Source of the DNA: Kondoa subrosea
Lineage: Eukaryota
Direction of reading: 5' to 3'
Assembly (NCBI GenBank): GCA_039545335.1
Contig: BCIN01000002.1
Span: 2,634,678-2,698,677 of the forward strand
DNA length: 64,000 nucleotides
The notes beneath the pieces were generated by a model that saw only the letters and a list, made by a program, of their open reading frames with translations, did no database searches and was not told the origin of the DNA. Below, piece by piece: positions 27,560 through 42,061 of this stretch; the stretch's first letter is position 1; every line of letters begins with the position of its first letter. The position numbers and the translations under genes are program-made.

Positions 27560-29344
27560 TTAATCATACACATCCCTCGATCGCAATCTAAATCTTGCAG
27601 CACTATACGGTTGAGCCGAAGCAGGTAAAGGTAGACCAGGTGAAGGTCGAGGCGGGTAAGATTCCAGACCAACATCTTCCGCATCTTCTTCTTGCATAGT
27701 GATTTCTTCATCCACTATATCTTGCTCCTCATCATCTGATCCTCTTGGTTCAAGAGGTCGATTTCTGCCAGTGAAAAGATCATAACCAGGTGCATGATTC
27801 GGGGGCTGAAGAGGTGTCTCCAGAGCTCGAGTTCTAGCGGCAGCTTGATGTTCTGAAGATAGTCTGGCCAGAATATCGTTCATAAAGGCTGGAGGTTTAA
27901 AGAATCTGGCTATTCGACCTTGTGGTGTATTTGAAGTTCTACCAGAACTACTTGATACTGAGTGCGGTGCGTTTGGTGGACGAAGAGTTTGCATTTCTAT
28001 AGATTGACCAGCTGAAGCTTGACTTCTATTTGATCTTGATGTATTCTCACCAGGAACGACAACTTGATTCGGCCTTATCCTTCTAGCCAATCGATGGATC
28101 ACACTGCTTGAAGTACCACCTTCCCCTTCCAGCGCTTGACTCGGTAAAGCTCTTCCTAACAATTTCCTTTGTCTTCTCGCTTTCCTTCTTGCATGCTTAG
28201 CAGCTTTCTCAGCATCCCTTTTATCCCTTTCGGCAACTTCACCAGCATACATTCCAGCGCTAACCCACCACCAAAACCCAACCCAAGATTGCCATAAAAG
28301 AATACACCAATTCAGAGTAGGTAACCATTGCAATCGATCTTCTTTGATTTCCACATAGTTCAATGCGCTACCAGCTAAACCTAGCGAAACAGCAATTACT
28401 CCAAAACCAGCTGCACCACCTTCGGATTGCCATGCTCGAGAACGATTGATTAGCAACCCCCAGATGAGGAGAGCGGCGATGTATAAGAGCGTCAGAGAAG
28501 CATTGCAGACGGATCGGATTGCATCGCCTAGATCTTGCATTTTCACACTGGTGTGTAAATCGAGATAGGCCAGACCACAAGCTGTTACTGCCAACGGGCC
28601 TATTTCAATTCCTTTTAGTGAGAGGCTTGCGACCCCGAGAAGAAACAGCTTGCCTAGTAAGCCGACAATCAGACCACGCTCAAGTCGAGATGGAAAGAGT
28701 AGAGTTAAAATATGGATGTGTGTGATCTGTGCAAGGTCAAACGAATTCTGAATCTCAATGAAAGAGAATGAATGAGTATATTCCGAACGCACATGACAAG
28801 TAAACGTGACCAAAGCCAACAAAGTATACCAACCATACAATTGAGGTGTATTCCATTCATCCCTCGGGATCCACACTTCAATATAATCAAACATATAAGG
28901 CCAAGCAGAGCTCCTCTTCTTTGTTTTGCTCCAGATCGTTCCCAATGAAGTGAAAGTAGAAGCCAAAAAGACCCAAACTGCTGCTTGCTGCAAAGCGTAA
29001 TTGAGTTTCGACAAACCCAAATGATAACGAGTTGTGAAGAGCAACAGGCCAAGTAAGACGATAGTAAGTGTTGCAATCATTGATAGTGCAGAAACTTGTG
29101 CTACCAGAGAATAGACAAAGTCAGGTTGAAGTTGGGCTATTGGATCCAAAGTCGAAACTGGAGTACGGGAACTGGTCGCTGTTGCGAGATTGGACAAAGT
29201 AGAGGATGCCAAGCTCTCCCATGATGCATTTGGATCTGATCAGCAGCTGTCAGCCATAAGTCCAAGGCGGGAAGAATTCCTTTATGCACCTAGAGGAACG
29301 TCAGCGTTGGCTGTGGGCGAAGGTGAGGAAGACGCTGTAGACAT
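27560..29344 (-). CDS. palH: PalH/Rim21-like 7TM ambient-pH sensor
   Basis: Seven hydrophobic segments; THIHILTLLFPSRLE, NASLTLLY, WQSEGGAAGFG, LWQSWVGFWWWV, long cytoplasmic tail. Confidence 0.7.
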
Positions 29345-29575
29345 CCATAGAGCCACAATAGGGTATATAGCAGCTTGGGAAGGATATAGATCAGCTGGTA
29401 TTCGACTTCGCTCTTCAGTGTCAAGAAGCTCGAACAAGTCAACTTGACGGCAGACACGAATTTGAAGCACACATTGTGTCAGCTTGGCATGGGAATTGTT
29501 GTGAGCTATTGTTGCAGCATGATTTTACTTCGATATATAAACCTAAAATTGTGTTTCATCCCGTATGTCCAGCAA

Positions 29576-31216
29576 CTAGACATGACCTTGACCATATCCT
29601 TGCTGGATGAGGGTGTTGTAGTAATCAGGGTAATTCGTTCGGTAGCTGTACAGACCCGCTAGGTTTAGCCAAACATATGGCAGAAATTCAGCGAACACGT
29701 ACTACTCAAGGTACTGAGCTTGCATTGCCGGATCTGTAGGCCATTGTTGAGCTGCTCCAGCACTCTGATCTTGAGCGTATCCAGCATAGCCATACGATTG
29801 CTGCTGTGGTTGCTGATAAGCACCATAAGCCTAAATATCCTCGAAGATTGAACATCATCTTTGCTTAATGCAATGCAATGGACTTACAGCTTGTTGAGGC
29901 TGATAGCCTGCCGCTGCACCCTGCGCAGGTGGAGGTCCAGCGTCACCACCAATTCTATCTTTGCCCCAAGAACATTTCAAAGCTCGACCATGAACTGGAG
30001 TACCTTGCAAGTTGACAATAGCCATTGCAGCGTTCTCGTGAGTGTCAAGCTTGACGAAAGCGAAACCACGATCAGCTTGCATACGAATTTCGACAATGTA
30101 GCCAAAGCCTTGAAAAAGAGGGATAAGATCGGTTTGCTGGCAGTAAGGGACCAAGTTGCCAACGTATACTCTGTGAGAAATGCGAAATCAACAATCAGTC
30201 AAGCTGGTTACTATATCGCGCTACTCACGTTGTATTGAAGTTTGACGATTGGCTTAGAACTTGTTCATAGCTAGATCCACCAGCTTGAACATAGACTGGT
30301 GCGGCAGCGACAGGAGCTTGTTGAACTGGAGGTCCACCATATCCACCACCCATGCCACCCATTGAAGCCATTGGAGGTTGCTGTTGTTGCATTGGACTCA
30401 TAGCTTGCATTGAAGGTGGTGCCATTTGAGGTGGTGGTGCAGAAGATCCTCCTCCTCCTCCTCCGCCCCCAGTACCATTCATCATGCTTGAGCCAGCGTT
30501 CTTTTGATTGGCCCAGTTGACTCGAATAGCTCTTGATCCTAACCATTCACCGTTCATGGTAGCAATAGCTTGTTCTCCATCTGTACGATCCCGGAAAGCC
30601 AAGAAGCCATAACCACGAGATTTGCCAGAGTTCATATCCCACATAACTCTTGCATCTGATAAACTGCCAAATGCTTCGAAAGTCTTTTGAAGCACGCTAT
30701 CGGTGACTTCAGGTGAAAGATCGCCGACGAAAACGCTATTGAAGAAAGTCAGCTCAAAAGAATACCTTACGAAGAAGACCAGACCACGCACTGGCAATGG
30801 TTTGTCAAATCTTCCTTGGCTTGCTGATTCTGGTAAGCCCAATTGCACTTGATTTCGGTATCAAAGATCTTCCTTCCATTGAGTGTCTGAATAGCTGTCT
30901 CCGCAGCACGCATTTCATGAAATTCGACGAAACCATAATTCAAACCACCATGTTGAAAGTTCTTGTCTGGAATGATCTTGACACCCAAAACTGGACCAGC
31001 GACGGCAAAGATTTCATGCAACATATGTTCAGTTACTCGAGGTGATAAGTTGCCAACGTATAAATGGGCCTATTGTATGATTAGATATCACTTTTTGCCA
31101 CGGCTATGGAGACTCACCCGTTTTTGATCTGGAGGAGGGGCGGCTTGGAAAGGAGCCACAGCGGGATAACCACCAATAGCTTCTTGCTGAGGACGAGGAG
31201 CACCAGAGTAGGACAT
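29576..31216 (-). CDS. PUB1: Pub1/TIA-1-like three-RRM poly(U)-binding protein with Q-rich tail
   Basis: [77 protein letters not shown]. Confidence 0.93.
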
Positions 31217-31279
31217 TGTGTATATTTGCGTAAACCCAAAAAAAGAGTAGAGAAGTTAATACAGAGACCGTATGAAGCA

Positions 31280-31375
31280 GAAGATGCTACAGAGACTGAA
31301 AAAGAGATGAGAGAAGAGAGACTGAAGAAGAGACTGAGAAGAGAAGAGGAAAAGAGAAGAAAACGGAAGCGTAAA
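31280..31375 (+). repeat. GA-rich low-complexity tract (CU-rich 5' leader of PUB1)
   Basis: agagactgaaaaagagatgagagaagagagactgaagaagagactgagaagagaagaggaaaagagaag. Confidence 0.6.
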
Positions 31376-31836
31376 AACCGAGGCTTGTCTAGCTAATGGC
31401 CCGCGTACAACCTGTTAGCATGTGCTGATGCTGTAAGCTACAGAACGACTCACACTTCTTTCGAGCTGGAGGAGATGGAAGTAGCAGAAAGACAGAGGCA
31501 ATTCAAGTCTTCGACAGATTCTCGACTTTTGCTGGAAGCCCTAAAACCACCAAGTCTACATACCCGGACCCTGCTGCCAGCCCACGCACAGGTCTCGATA
31601 TACCAATAAGAGGCCGCTTCACTGTCGTGCCGTCTTCAGACTTTGGAATATATCCACAAAACACATCAGCCACTGCTCGAGCAGCTTCGAAACGGTCCTC
31701 AGCGCAGCGTGATTCAGTCTGGCTTGGTTGTACACCCTTTCGGCTTACTAGATCAGTCTGTTCTGTAACGAAAAGACTGGAATTGAACGAACGGCGTGCT
31801 TTGTTACAATCTCGCTAGTCTACCTCTGAGGGCATC

Positions 31837-34800
31837 ATGAGTTTCGCGTATTCGGCAGCGCCAATCAGGCGTGTAAAAGAAATACAATTCGGTGTACTCG
31901 CGCCAGAGGAAATCAAAGCCCAATCCAGTGTCAATGTCGTTTTCCCTGAAACCATGGAGGAAGGGACAATGAGACCTAAAGTTGGTGGTCTATCGGATCC
32001 TAGAATGGGCACCATCGATAGGTTTGTTACAACATGAGCGTATGTTCATGCTTGCGCCTTTGCTTAATACGGCAAAGCAGAAACTACAAGTGCCAAACTT
32101 GCGGTGAAGGCTCAGCTACTTGTCCTGGTCATTTTGGTCACATTGAGCTTGGGAGACCGGTGTATCACGTTGGTTAGTGAGGAGCAGGGTGCCTCAGCAT
32201 TAGCTGATGTCTGGCGTTGTGACGCAAAGGATTCTTGAACAAAGTCAAAAAGATCATCGAATGCGTTTGTGTGCAATGCGGCAAACTCAAGGTCGATCTA
32301 TCGTGAGCTGAATTGCCGTATTGGTTTATTTTGAGCTGATCAAACTTACAGCGACCCAAAATTGCGGGAAATTGTCAAAGTTGTCAAGAACCCAAAGAAA
32401 CGGCTGTTGTTTGTGCATTCGCTCGCAAAGGTAAATCTCACTGCGTTGCGAACTTTGAATCGAGGTTAATCATGCATTGATCTACAGGGCAAAAACATCT
32501 GCGAGCCGGATGATCCAGAAGCTGAAGATCCTTTGCCAGACGACGAAGCTAAGAAGACCAAAGAAGCAGCTGGCGTCGAAAGCAATACTCAAAAAGGTCG
32601 ACACGGAGGATGTGGGCATCGACAACCTGTGTGTCGAAAAGAAGGCTTGAAACTCTTCCTTGTGTACCAACGTCAGTCGGAAGATGATGAGGACAAAAAA
32701 GGACCAAAAACTCTAGATAAAGTCGCTCTACCTGCCTCTGCTTGTTTGACCATTCTACGCAAAATGTCTACCGAAGATGTTACCCTCATGGGATTGAGCG
32801 TGGATGAAGCTAGACCTGAATGGATGATCTTGACTGTCATGCCTGTTCCTCCTCCACCTGTTCGACCTAGTGTGGCTATAGATGGTGGTGCTACGAGAGG
32901 AGAAGATGATTTGACTTACAAGCTGGCGGAAATTATTAAAGCCAACGCAAGTCTGAAACGGCTTGAAGGCGAAGGCGCTCCCGCACATGTCTTGAATGAA
33001 TTCGAGGCTCTGTTACAGGTAGATTTAGTCACAAAGGGTTGCAATTGGAGCTAATCTAGGCTGCAGTGGCATATCGCTACTTACATGGACAACAATCTTC
33101 CTGGTCAGCCACAAGCAATGCAGAAGTCCGGTCGTCCTATCAAATCCATCAGAGCGCGATTGAAGGGGAAAGAAGGCCGTCTTCGTGGTAATCTGATGGG
33201 AAAGCGTGTGGACTTTTCAGCGCGAACTGTCATTACCGGTGATCCAAACATCGATTTGGATGAAGTCGGAGTACCTCGGTCTATCGCTATGAATCTGACC
33301 TACCCTGAAAGAGTTACACCTTGGAATCTCGATTACCTCCAAGATCTGGTCAACAGAGGTGCAAACGAACATCCTGGTGCTCGTTATGTGATCAAGGACA
33401 CTGGAGACCGGATAGATCTGCGGCATACCACCAGCTCACCTGTTCTGCTTCAGTATGGATGGATAGTAGAACGCCATTTGCGGAACGGTGATCTTGTGCT
33501 GTTCAATCGACAACCTTCTTTGCACAAAATGAGTATGAGTGAGTTGATGCACCATCTCGTGGGACATCACTGATGAGGTATCAGTGGCACATCGTGTGAA
33601 AATCATGCCTTATTCTACATTCCGTCTAAATCTTTCCGTTACCGTATGTTTCATTTTTTGCCTGCTCTTCATAGGCTCATGGCATTTTGTAGTCACCATA
33701 CAACGCCGAGTAAGTATGCCAACAGTTGTTTTTGAACAACTGCCTGACACTTGCTTGCCTCTTCTAGTTTCGACGGTGATGAGATGAACTTGCATGTTCC
33801 TCAATCCGAAGAAACAAGAGCCGAGCTTTCGCAAATCGCTTGGGTTCCTCGGCAAATTATCTCTCCTCAAGCCAACAAGCCAGTCATGGGTATTGTGCAA
33901 GACACGCTTTGTGGCATTCGAAAATTCACTTTACGAGATTGCTTTCTGGAGCACGACTTCGTTCAGAACATTCTTCTATGGGTTCCTGGCTGGGACGGTC
34001 TGGTTCCGCCTCCTGCTATTTTCAAACCGAAACCGCTTTGGACCGGCAAGCAGATTCTCACTATGTGTATCCCTAAGGGTATCAATATTCGTGGAGCGGA
34101 CGATTCAACTCTTCATCCTTCCAATCCTATGGACCGAGGCACATGGATAGAAAATGGCGAAATTGTTTATGGTGTTGTGCTCAAGAAAATCGCTGGTGCT
34201 TCAGCCGGTGGTTTGGTCGATACCGTTTTCCGAGAAAAGGGTCCGGAAGCATGCAGAGATTTCTTCGGAGCTGTGCAGAAGGTGTGAACGAGTCTTTCAA
34301 CCATATTATCATAATTGAGTCGATAACAGGTTGTCAACTATTGGCTTCTGCACAATGGCTTTTCCATCGGTATTGGTGACACAATTGCTGATACCGCAAC
34401 CAATGCAGCCATCACCAACTTCATTTCGACGGCCAAAAATAAAGTCAGCGAACTGATAAGTGACGCTCAAATGGACAAGCTCGATGCTCTGCCTGGTATG
34501 ACGATTCGTGAATCCTTCGAATCGAAAGTCAATACTGCACTCAATCAAGCTCGTGATAACGCGGGTAAATCAGCAGAAGAGAGTTTGAAGAACGACAACA
34601 ATGTCAAACAAATGGTTGTAGCAGGTTCAAAAGGTTCTTTCATCAACATCTCGCAAATGTCTGCTTGTGTTGGTCAACAAAGTGTGGAAGGCAAACGTAT
34701 TCCATTCGGCTTCAAATATCGAACTCTTCCGCATTTCGCCAAAGATGACTATTCACCCGAATCTCGTGGATTTGTCGAGAATTCCTACTTGCGAGGTCTT

Positions 34801-37800
34801 ACACCACAAGAGTTCTTCTTCCACGCTATGGCTGGTCGAGAAGGTCTTATCGATACAGCTGTCAAGACTGCGGAAACCGGTTATATTCAGCGTCGTTTGG
34901 TCAAGGCTTTGGAAGACGTCGGAGTTGCGTACGATGGAACAGTCCGCAATTCGCTCAACTACATCATTCAATTCGTTTATGGTGAGGACGGAATGGATGG
35001 TGGCGCTTTCGAAGAACAGAGGCTACTTCCTCATACTCTTTCCGATGCTCGTTTCGAAAAGACCTATCGTATCGATTTAACAGAAGAAGGCTGGGGCTTT
35101 TCTCCTGGTACTCTTCAAGTCGGTCTTGACAGCTCTTCTATCGCACTACAGGAGAAACTCGATGCGGAATTCGAGCAATTGACGAAAGACCGAAGGCTTC
35201 TGCGCGAATTTATCTTTGAAGCAAATGATCCAAAGATTCATCTGCCCGTCAACATTCCTCGTATTGTTCAGAATGCCTGCCAAATCTTCCACATTGATCA
35301 TCGAAAAGCCTCAGATCTACCGCCGGCAGATATTGTGGACATGGTTGCTGCGCTGTGTGAACGTCTGATTGTCGTACGTGGAAACGACGCAATTAGTCGG
35401 GAAGCACAAATCAATGTCACTCTACTTCTTCGCATGCATTTGCGCGCAAATTTGGCCGCAAGAAGGATATTGGAAGAAAACCACTTGAATCGAGAAGCAT
35501 TCGAATGGGTTCTAGGAGAAGTTGAAACACGATTCAACCAATCGCTGGTTGCACCTGGCGAGATGTGCGGTACTTTGGCAGCTCAATCTATCGGTGAACC
35601 AGCTACACAGATGACGCTCAACACTTTCCATTATGCCGGTGTATCTTCGAAGAATGTCACCTTGGGTGTACCACGTCTGAAGGAAATCATCAACGTGGCT
35701 CGCAACCTGAAGACGCCTGTCACTTATGTTTACCTACAACCAGATTTGGCTCGAGATGTACAAAAGGCAAAATCTGTTCAAACGACTTTGGCTCACACTA
35801 CTCTTCGGACTGTCACTGCTTCTGTCGAAATTTTCTACGATCCGGTCATCACGTCAACGGTCATAGAAGACGATCGCGACTTCGTGGACGCTTTCTTCGC
35901 TATTCCAGATCCTGAAATCGAGCAAACTATCGACCGACAATCTTCGTGGCTTCTCCGCTTCGAACTCGATCGCGCAAAAATGCTTGACAAGAATCTAGAA
36001 ATGAGTCAAGTTGCAAATTGCATTTCTTTAGTCTTCGATAAAGACTTATTCGTTATCTGGTCTGAAGACAACGCTGAGAAGCTGGTCATTCGATGTCGAG
36101 CGGTCAATGATGAGAAAGATGCTGAAGGCGATGACGAAGATCAGCTGTTGAAGCAGCTTGAAGCGTCGATGTTGAGCGATGTCACGCTCGGCGGTATCAC
36201 TGGCATCGACCGAGTCTTCATGATTGAAAAGCCAAGACAGCGAATCAACGAAGAAGGAGTCTTGACTAGGCAAGACGAATGGGTACTTGAAACAGACGGT
36301 ATCAACCTGAAGCGGGTTCTTTGCGTTGAAGGCGTTGATGCGGTTAGGACCTATTCCAACTCTTGCGTCGAAGTAACAGAAGTGCTTGGTATCGAAGCTG
36401 GCCGTGCCTCTTTACTCAGAGAATTGCGGCAAGTTATCGAATTTGACGGTTCCTATGTCAATTATCGCCATCTTTCACTACTTTGCGATCTGATGACAAG
36501 TCGAGGCTCTTTGATGGCTATCAGTCGACACGGTATCAATAGAGCAGATACTGGAGCTCTTATGCGCTGTACTTTCGAAGAAACTGTCGAAATTCTAATG
36601 GAGGCTGCTGCAATCGGAGAGAAAGATGATTGCAAAGGTGTGGGACAGAACATTCTTCTTGCTCAACTGGCCCCTCTTGGTACCGGAACGTGCAGTATGT
36701 CTTTTATTCCAGTCAAGTACGCATGTTGACTTGCCGTAGGCGTTATGCTCGACGTCGATATGCTCAAGGATGTTGTGCTGGATCATCGATTACCGGTTTC
36801 TGCATTGATGTCAGAGCAGCCATTGACCGGTGGCATGGTAAGTGCAGGTCAAGAATTGTTCTGATCGATCCTGATCCCATTAACTTTCTAGACGCCCGGG
36901 GGTGGAGCAACGCCTTATCAAGATGGTGGCAGAACACCTGGACATCAGACTGAGGAGGGCATGGCTGCCTATTCGCCTGTACATCATCCTGGCAACGAAT
37001 CTTTTGCTGGCAACACAACTGTTTATGGTGGATATGGTCAGAGTCCTGCTTACGCAACTTCGCCGGGCTACTCTCCAACCTCACCTTATAATCCTGGAGG
37101 AGCCACATCGCCTTACTACGCTTCGCCAGCCTCCCCTGCTATGTTTGGTGCAGCATCGCCTTATGGTGCTGGAGCTGCTTCGCCCTGGGTTGATCGAAAT
37201 GCAGCTGCTGGAGGCTACTCACCTTCGTCTCCTCGCTTTGGCATTAGTAGTCCTGCTTTCGGCACATCGCCTAGCAGGTGAGCTTTCCGTCTTGGCTAGA
37301 GGAATATTGCTAATTTGTTCGAAAGCCCTCGATTCAGTCCTGCGAGTCCTTCTTTTTCTCCAAGTTCTCCATCTTTTTCGCCCGCTTCACCTAGATTGCA
37401 AATTATCTCCTCTTTCCCTTTTTTTGCAAAGCTGACGATTTCTTTAGCTCTCCAACTTCGCCAAACATGTCGCCGTAAGCTTTCGTAGCAATGTGGCATG
37501 GACAGCAAGCTGATCTATCTGTTCACAGGAGTTCACCGAGATATAGCGTGCGTTTCGCTTTTAATACTTTTTTTGCAATCTGATAGAATGGCCGCAGCCA
37601 ACATCTCCTAAGTATAGCCCAACTTCTCCCAATTATAGCCCAAGCAGCCCTCGTTTTTCGTAAGTTTTATTGTCATGGAGTGGTCGTGCAAGGAGTCTGA
37701 CATTTCTGCTTGAAAGCCCTGCTGGAGCCATGGCGTCGCCTACTTCACCTCGTTGCAAGTTTATCCCTTCCACATGTTTTAATTGCGCTAAGCATGATTG

Positions 37801-38097
37801 TATCCCTTATAGATTCCCCTACCAGCCCTGCTTATTCGCCAACTTCTCCCGCAGCCAACGGCTTTTCTCCGTAGGCAGTATTCCCGATACTATCGAATGA
37901 GTACTGATTTATTCTCACAGTGCATCACCGGCTGAAAACTTCAGTCCTGGTATGTCTACAACTGAATGCGATTACACTGAGCTTACAATGACGTTGAAGC
38001 TTCTCCAGCCTGGGGTGCGGCAAGCCCAAAAGCACCCTCGTTCTCGCCTACTCGCTATTCGCCTTCTGGAAATTCTGCACCCTCGTGGAAGCGTTGA
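31837..38097 (+). CDS. RPB1: RNA polymerase II largest subunit
   Basis: [84 protein letters not shown]; spliced degenerate CTD. Confidence 0.98.
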
Positions 38098-38309
38098 AAG
38101 AATTGCTGTATTCGAGTTTGTCTTTTAAAACACCTATTGCTCTTGTACCATTTCTCGTGTCTGCTTGTGAAAACAATGCTATCAGATGCTGTACAACCTT
38201 CGTCTGCTGCACTATGGTGGCTGCATCTATGGACGAGTCTTCGGATTGCTGACTAATCCTCCTTGCCTTTACTCAGCCACTGAGAGGTGACTATCTAATA
38301 CCCAGAGCC

Positions 38310-40259
38310 ATGTATTCTATATCCGAGAAAGCACCACTGATACCTCAGCTGCAAGACCAGCGCAGAAGATCTCTGCGTCATGTTATGCTATTCAATCTGT
38401 TCTTGCTGTTCGCTTCACTTTGGCTACTGCAACACGGAGGGCAGCATGCCTACAGGAGTCTCAAGAACAGGAGAGATCCTCATATTAGAGCTGCCTACCT
38501 TATGAAACGGCATCCTCTTATAGATGGTCATGCAAGTCGCTGCTTGACTAATCTCCATATTTCTTTCTCATCTGGATTTTGCGTACTTAGATTGATGTGC
38601 CAGTTTACGTTCGATACTTGTGAGCTATTGCGAATGTCTCCTCCGCACGGATTCTCAAGGCAGATCATGTAGCTATCAAAACCAAGCGCTGGACATGGAT
38701 TTCAACAAAGTCAATGCAACAACAGACGTCTCTATCCCTCTTCTCAGACAAGGTCAAGTTGGTGGTTTCTTCTTCAGTCTTTTCGTCCCATGCGCCAACG
38801 AATTTGGGTCTCGTTATAATGAAGGACCGGATTTCTTGAATGCAACTTGGAGAGTTCGGGATACTTTGGAACAGTTTGATGTTGCTCGTCTTCTGATTGA
38901 GAAGTACAAAGACACTTTCGCTTTTGCTGAAACTGCAGACGATGTGCGAAGGGCTTTCAAAGAGGGAAAGATCGCCTGTGAGTACAGCTGTTTCTAGCGT
39001 TGGTGTTCCGTCGTTTGAATGTAGCTGTTCGACCGCTCTAGCTTTATTTGGACTGGAAGGAGCTCATCAGATTGGCAATTCCCTTGGAGTTTTGAGGCAG
39101 TATCGAAGGCTAGGAGCTCGATATATGACTTTGACCCATACTTGCAAGTCAGTTTCAATCCAATTACTTGTCACGAATCAGATGCTGATAGTATAACAGT
39201 AATGCTTTTGCCGACTCTTGCGGTTGTATGTCCTCACCATCTGCGCTTACATCTATTCTTTACACTCTGTATAGACGATGCGAAACCTATTGAACCGATT
39301 CATGGCGGTCTTTCTGACTTTGGAAAAGTTCTGGTGCATGAAATGAACAGAATAGGCATGGTTTGTTCCGAACCTGACACTTTTCTGCTTGACCAATTTG
39401 AAAGTTTCGTTTGCAGATGGTCGACGTTTCGCATACTACAGCAAAAACAGCAGCTGATGTACTCACTCATTCTCGCGCACCTCCAATATTCTCGCATTCC
39501 TTGGCGCAAGCACTCTATCCAAGTGTACGAAACGTCCCAGACTACATTGTAAGTTATGTTTCGGGATGATGATGATTGAGGCTGAAATAAGCTGACAATT
39601 ATTGTAGTTGGAACGAATAGCACGAGTGGATCTAGGCGATCGAAGCGCTTCTGGTGTTTTGGGTGGAGATGCTTTGATTATGGCTAACTTTGTTCCGCCT
39701 TTCCTTTCGAACGGTACTGCTACACTTAAGATGGTCGCTGATCAGATCGATCACCTTGGTATGAAAGCGGGTAGAAGGTCTGTCAGCTTCCTTGACATTA
39801 GAGAAGTTGACTGACGGTAGGATATTCAGACACATCGGAATAGGTTTGTCTTAATCGTACAAGTCGGTCTTCAATGCTCAACTTTCTATCAGGAAGCGAC
39901 TTTGATGGAATTGGGCCTGGTCCACGAGTGGAATGTTTGCAAAATGTATCGAAATACCGTATGTTTTGTCAAGTGCCCGGTCATCAGAAAGCTTACCACT
40001 CTTTCTAGCCGATCTGATAGCAGAAATGATCCTGCGGAAATGGACTGATGAAGAGATCATTGGATTGATGGGAGGTTTGTTGGTATCTACCTTTAAGTTG
40101 ATCCGCGACTTATGATCTCGTTCAGGCAATATGCTTCGAATACTGGATGCGGTAGATGAGGTTGCCAATAGTATGAAGTTCGAACCAGCAGCAACAGAAA
40201 TCTACGATAAACGAACGGATCTAGATCTGTTCAAAGAGAAACACCCAAAATTGATATAA
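38310..40259 (+). CDS. Membrane dipeptidase (peptidase M19), N-terminal TM anchor
   Basis: [79 protein letters not shown]. Confidence 0.92.
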
Positions 40260-40339
40260 ATTATGCAGAGCAAATAAATCTCTCTATGTACAACACCCAA
40301 ATGTAACGAATATTTGACTAGATAGAAATGTTCTAAGAA

Positions 40340-41534
40340 TCACTGTGACCTGAATCGCTTGATGCTGATGAGGCGACCGAAGAAGGAGGAGAGAAAGATA
40401 GTGATGATTGACGAGACGAACGGCATAGATCTTTCTGCCAAGAATCGAATTCTCTGTTCAAGCGCTACACAGACCATGAGAGATTGTATTAAGTTGCAGC
40501 AAATGACTGACCCAATGCTTGCATGCTCGTACAAAAGCTGTGACCATACCAGTTCTGGTCCTTAGCGATGTTGGATCATCTGCAAGAAGAGTCAGTGACG
40601 TTAGCAAGTATCATCATAATAAACTTACAGCCATAAGCAGCTCTTGAGACATACAACGCAGCTGGTTTGTCTGTGATGTAAGCATCCAGCTCCCACTTGA
40701 ACGCTTCTTCCGCCTCCTCGACCTCGTTGATAGTCCAGACTACAGTCATCTTTTTCTGTTCTTTGCATTCGCGCAGCAACTTTTGACCCTCTGTGGTACG
40801 CCAGGCGGAATAAAAGAGACTGATTCCGTCGAGATGCATAAACTGTTCTTTTGCTACAGAGACGGAACAACCAAGATGTAGAAGTTTTGCGTATGCTAAG
40901 ACGTAGTAACGTCAGGAACAGATGGAGAAGGAGCCCAAAAGACAGAAACCTACGCATATACAAACGAGCTGGAGCAATAAAATCCTGATGCCAAACAGCA
41001 AGAATCAGACGGGGTGCTAAAGTGGTCTGCCAATCTTCCTTCGTTTGGACGATATCATTCATCACTGTAAGTATCATCGCCTAAGGAAGCTGCAACAGTC
41101 GATAAAAGGCTCGGGAGACAAACAATAGAACAGCTTATGCGCATCATTCGTAGGCTTGCAATCCACATTGAAACCAACGTGACTGTTTTGAGGTTCCAGA
41201 AGAAGGTTGATCAATTGCTCGAAAGTAGGAATTGGTTGATGAGGTGCTTTAGATGTATGAAGCTGATCTACATAGCCATAGTAGTTCTTCGTTGCGATTT
41301 CACCAGAGCCATTGCTTGTTCGATCTAGAGTAGGATCGTGAAGTAGAACCACGACGTTGTCTGCGCTAACATGAACGTCTGTTTTTGGCGGTCAGATGCT
41401 ATCTTCGGGATATGTTCTCATCGCGAACCTGATTCAATCGCATCCACTCCTTGCCTTATGCTTTCTCGGAATGCGAGCATACTGTTTTCTGGGAGCTGAC
41501 CCTTCAAGCCTCTGTGGCCCCATACTTGTGGCAT
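40340..41534 (-). CDS. PGC1: Glycerophosphodiester phosphodiesterase (Pgc1-like)
   Basis: MPQVWGHRG..PENSMLAF..GVDAIESDVH..LHDPTLDRT, FNVDCK, VVWTIN, YITDKP; hydrophobic C-terminus. Confidence 0.85.
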
Positions 41535-42061
41535 CTGGATACAAGGCGCGATGAGGATTAAAGGGCTGAGAAGGAAGTATGAGATGAGGCTTCTACAAGA
41601 AGAGAGAAGATCGCGTTGATAAATCGAGAGAGCGGTGCCCAAAAACAAGCAGTGTTTGGAACGAACGTGGGCAGCGAAAACGTTCGACTTGGCTATGGAA
41701 CGACAATGACAAGCTGGAAAGATGGCAGAGCAAGAAGGAAAAGCCACAAGGCAGTGCGTAGCCACATCAGCCAACATCAGTTTCATTCGAAATCCTAAAA
41801 TGGTTATGGGCTGTTTTGAGCAAAAGGTTACTGACTTCGCGATCTGTCGCGTCGCAAGCCTGGACTGAAGTAGCTTGTGTGTGAGGAAAGTGCAATGGGA
41901 CAGCATTACGCTCTTTTAAGAGGAAGTGTCTTGCATCGCTATTGGCAATTTGCAAACAACCTTTTGATAGGCCTTTGATCGTTGCTTGTCTCTATTCGGC
42001 GATACGAAGACAGTAGCTATACCAGACTCGTCCAAGAAGGGTTCGAGAATCGCCTCGAGCC

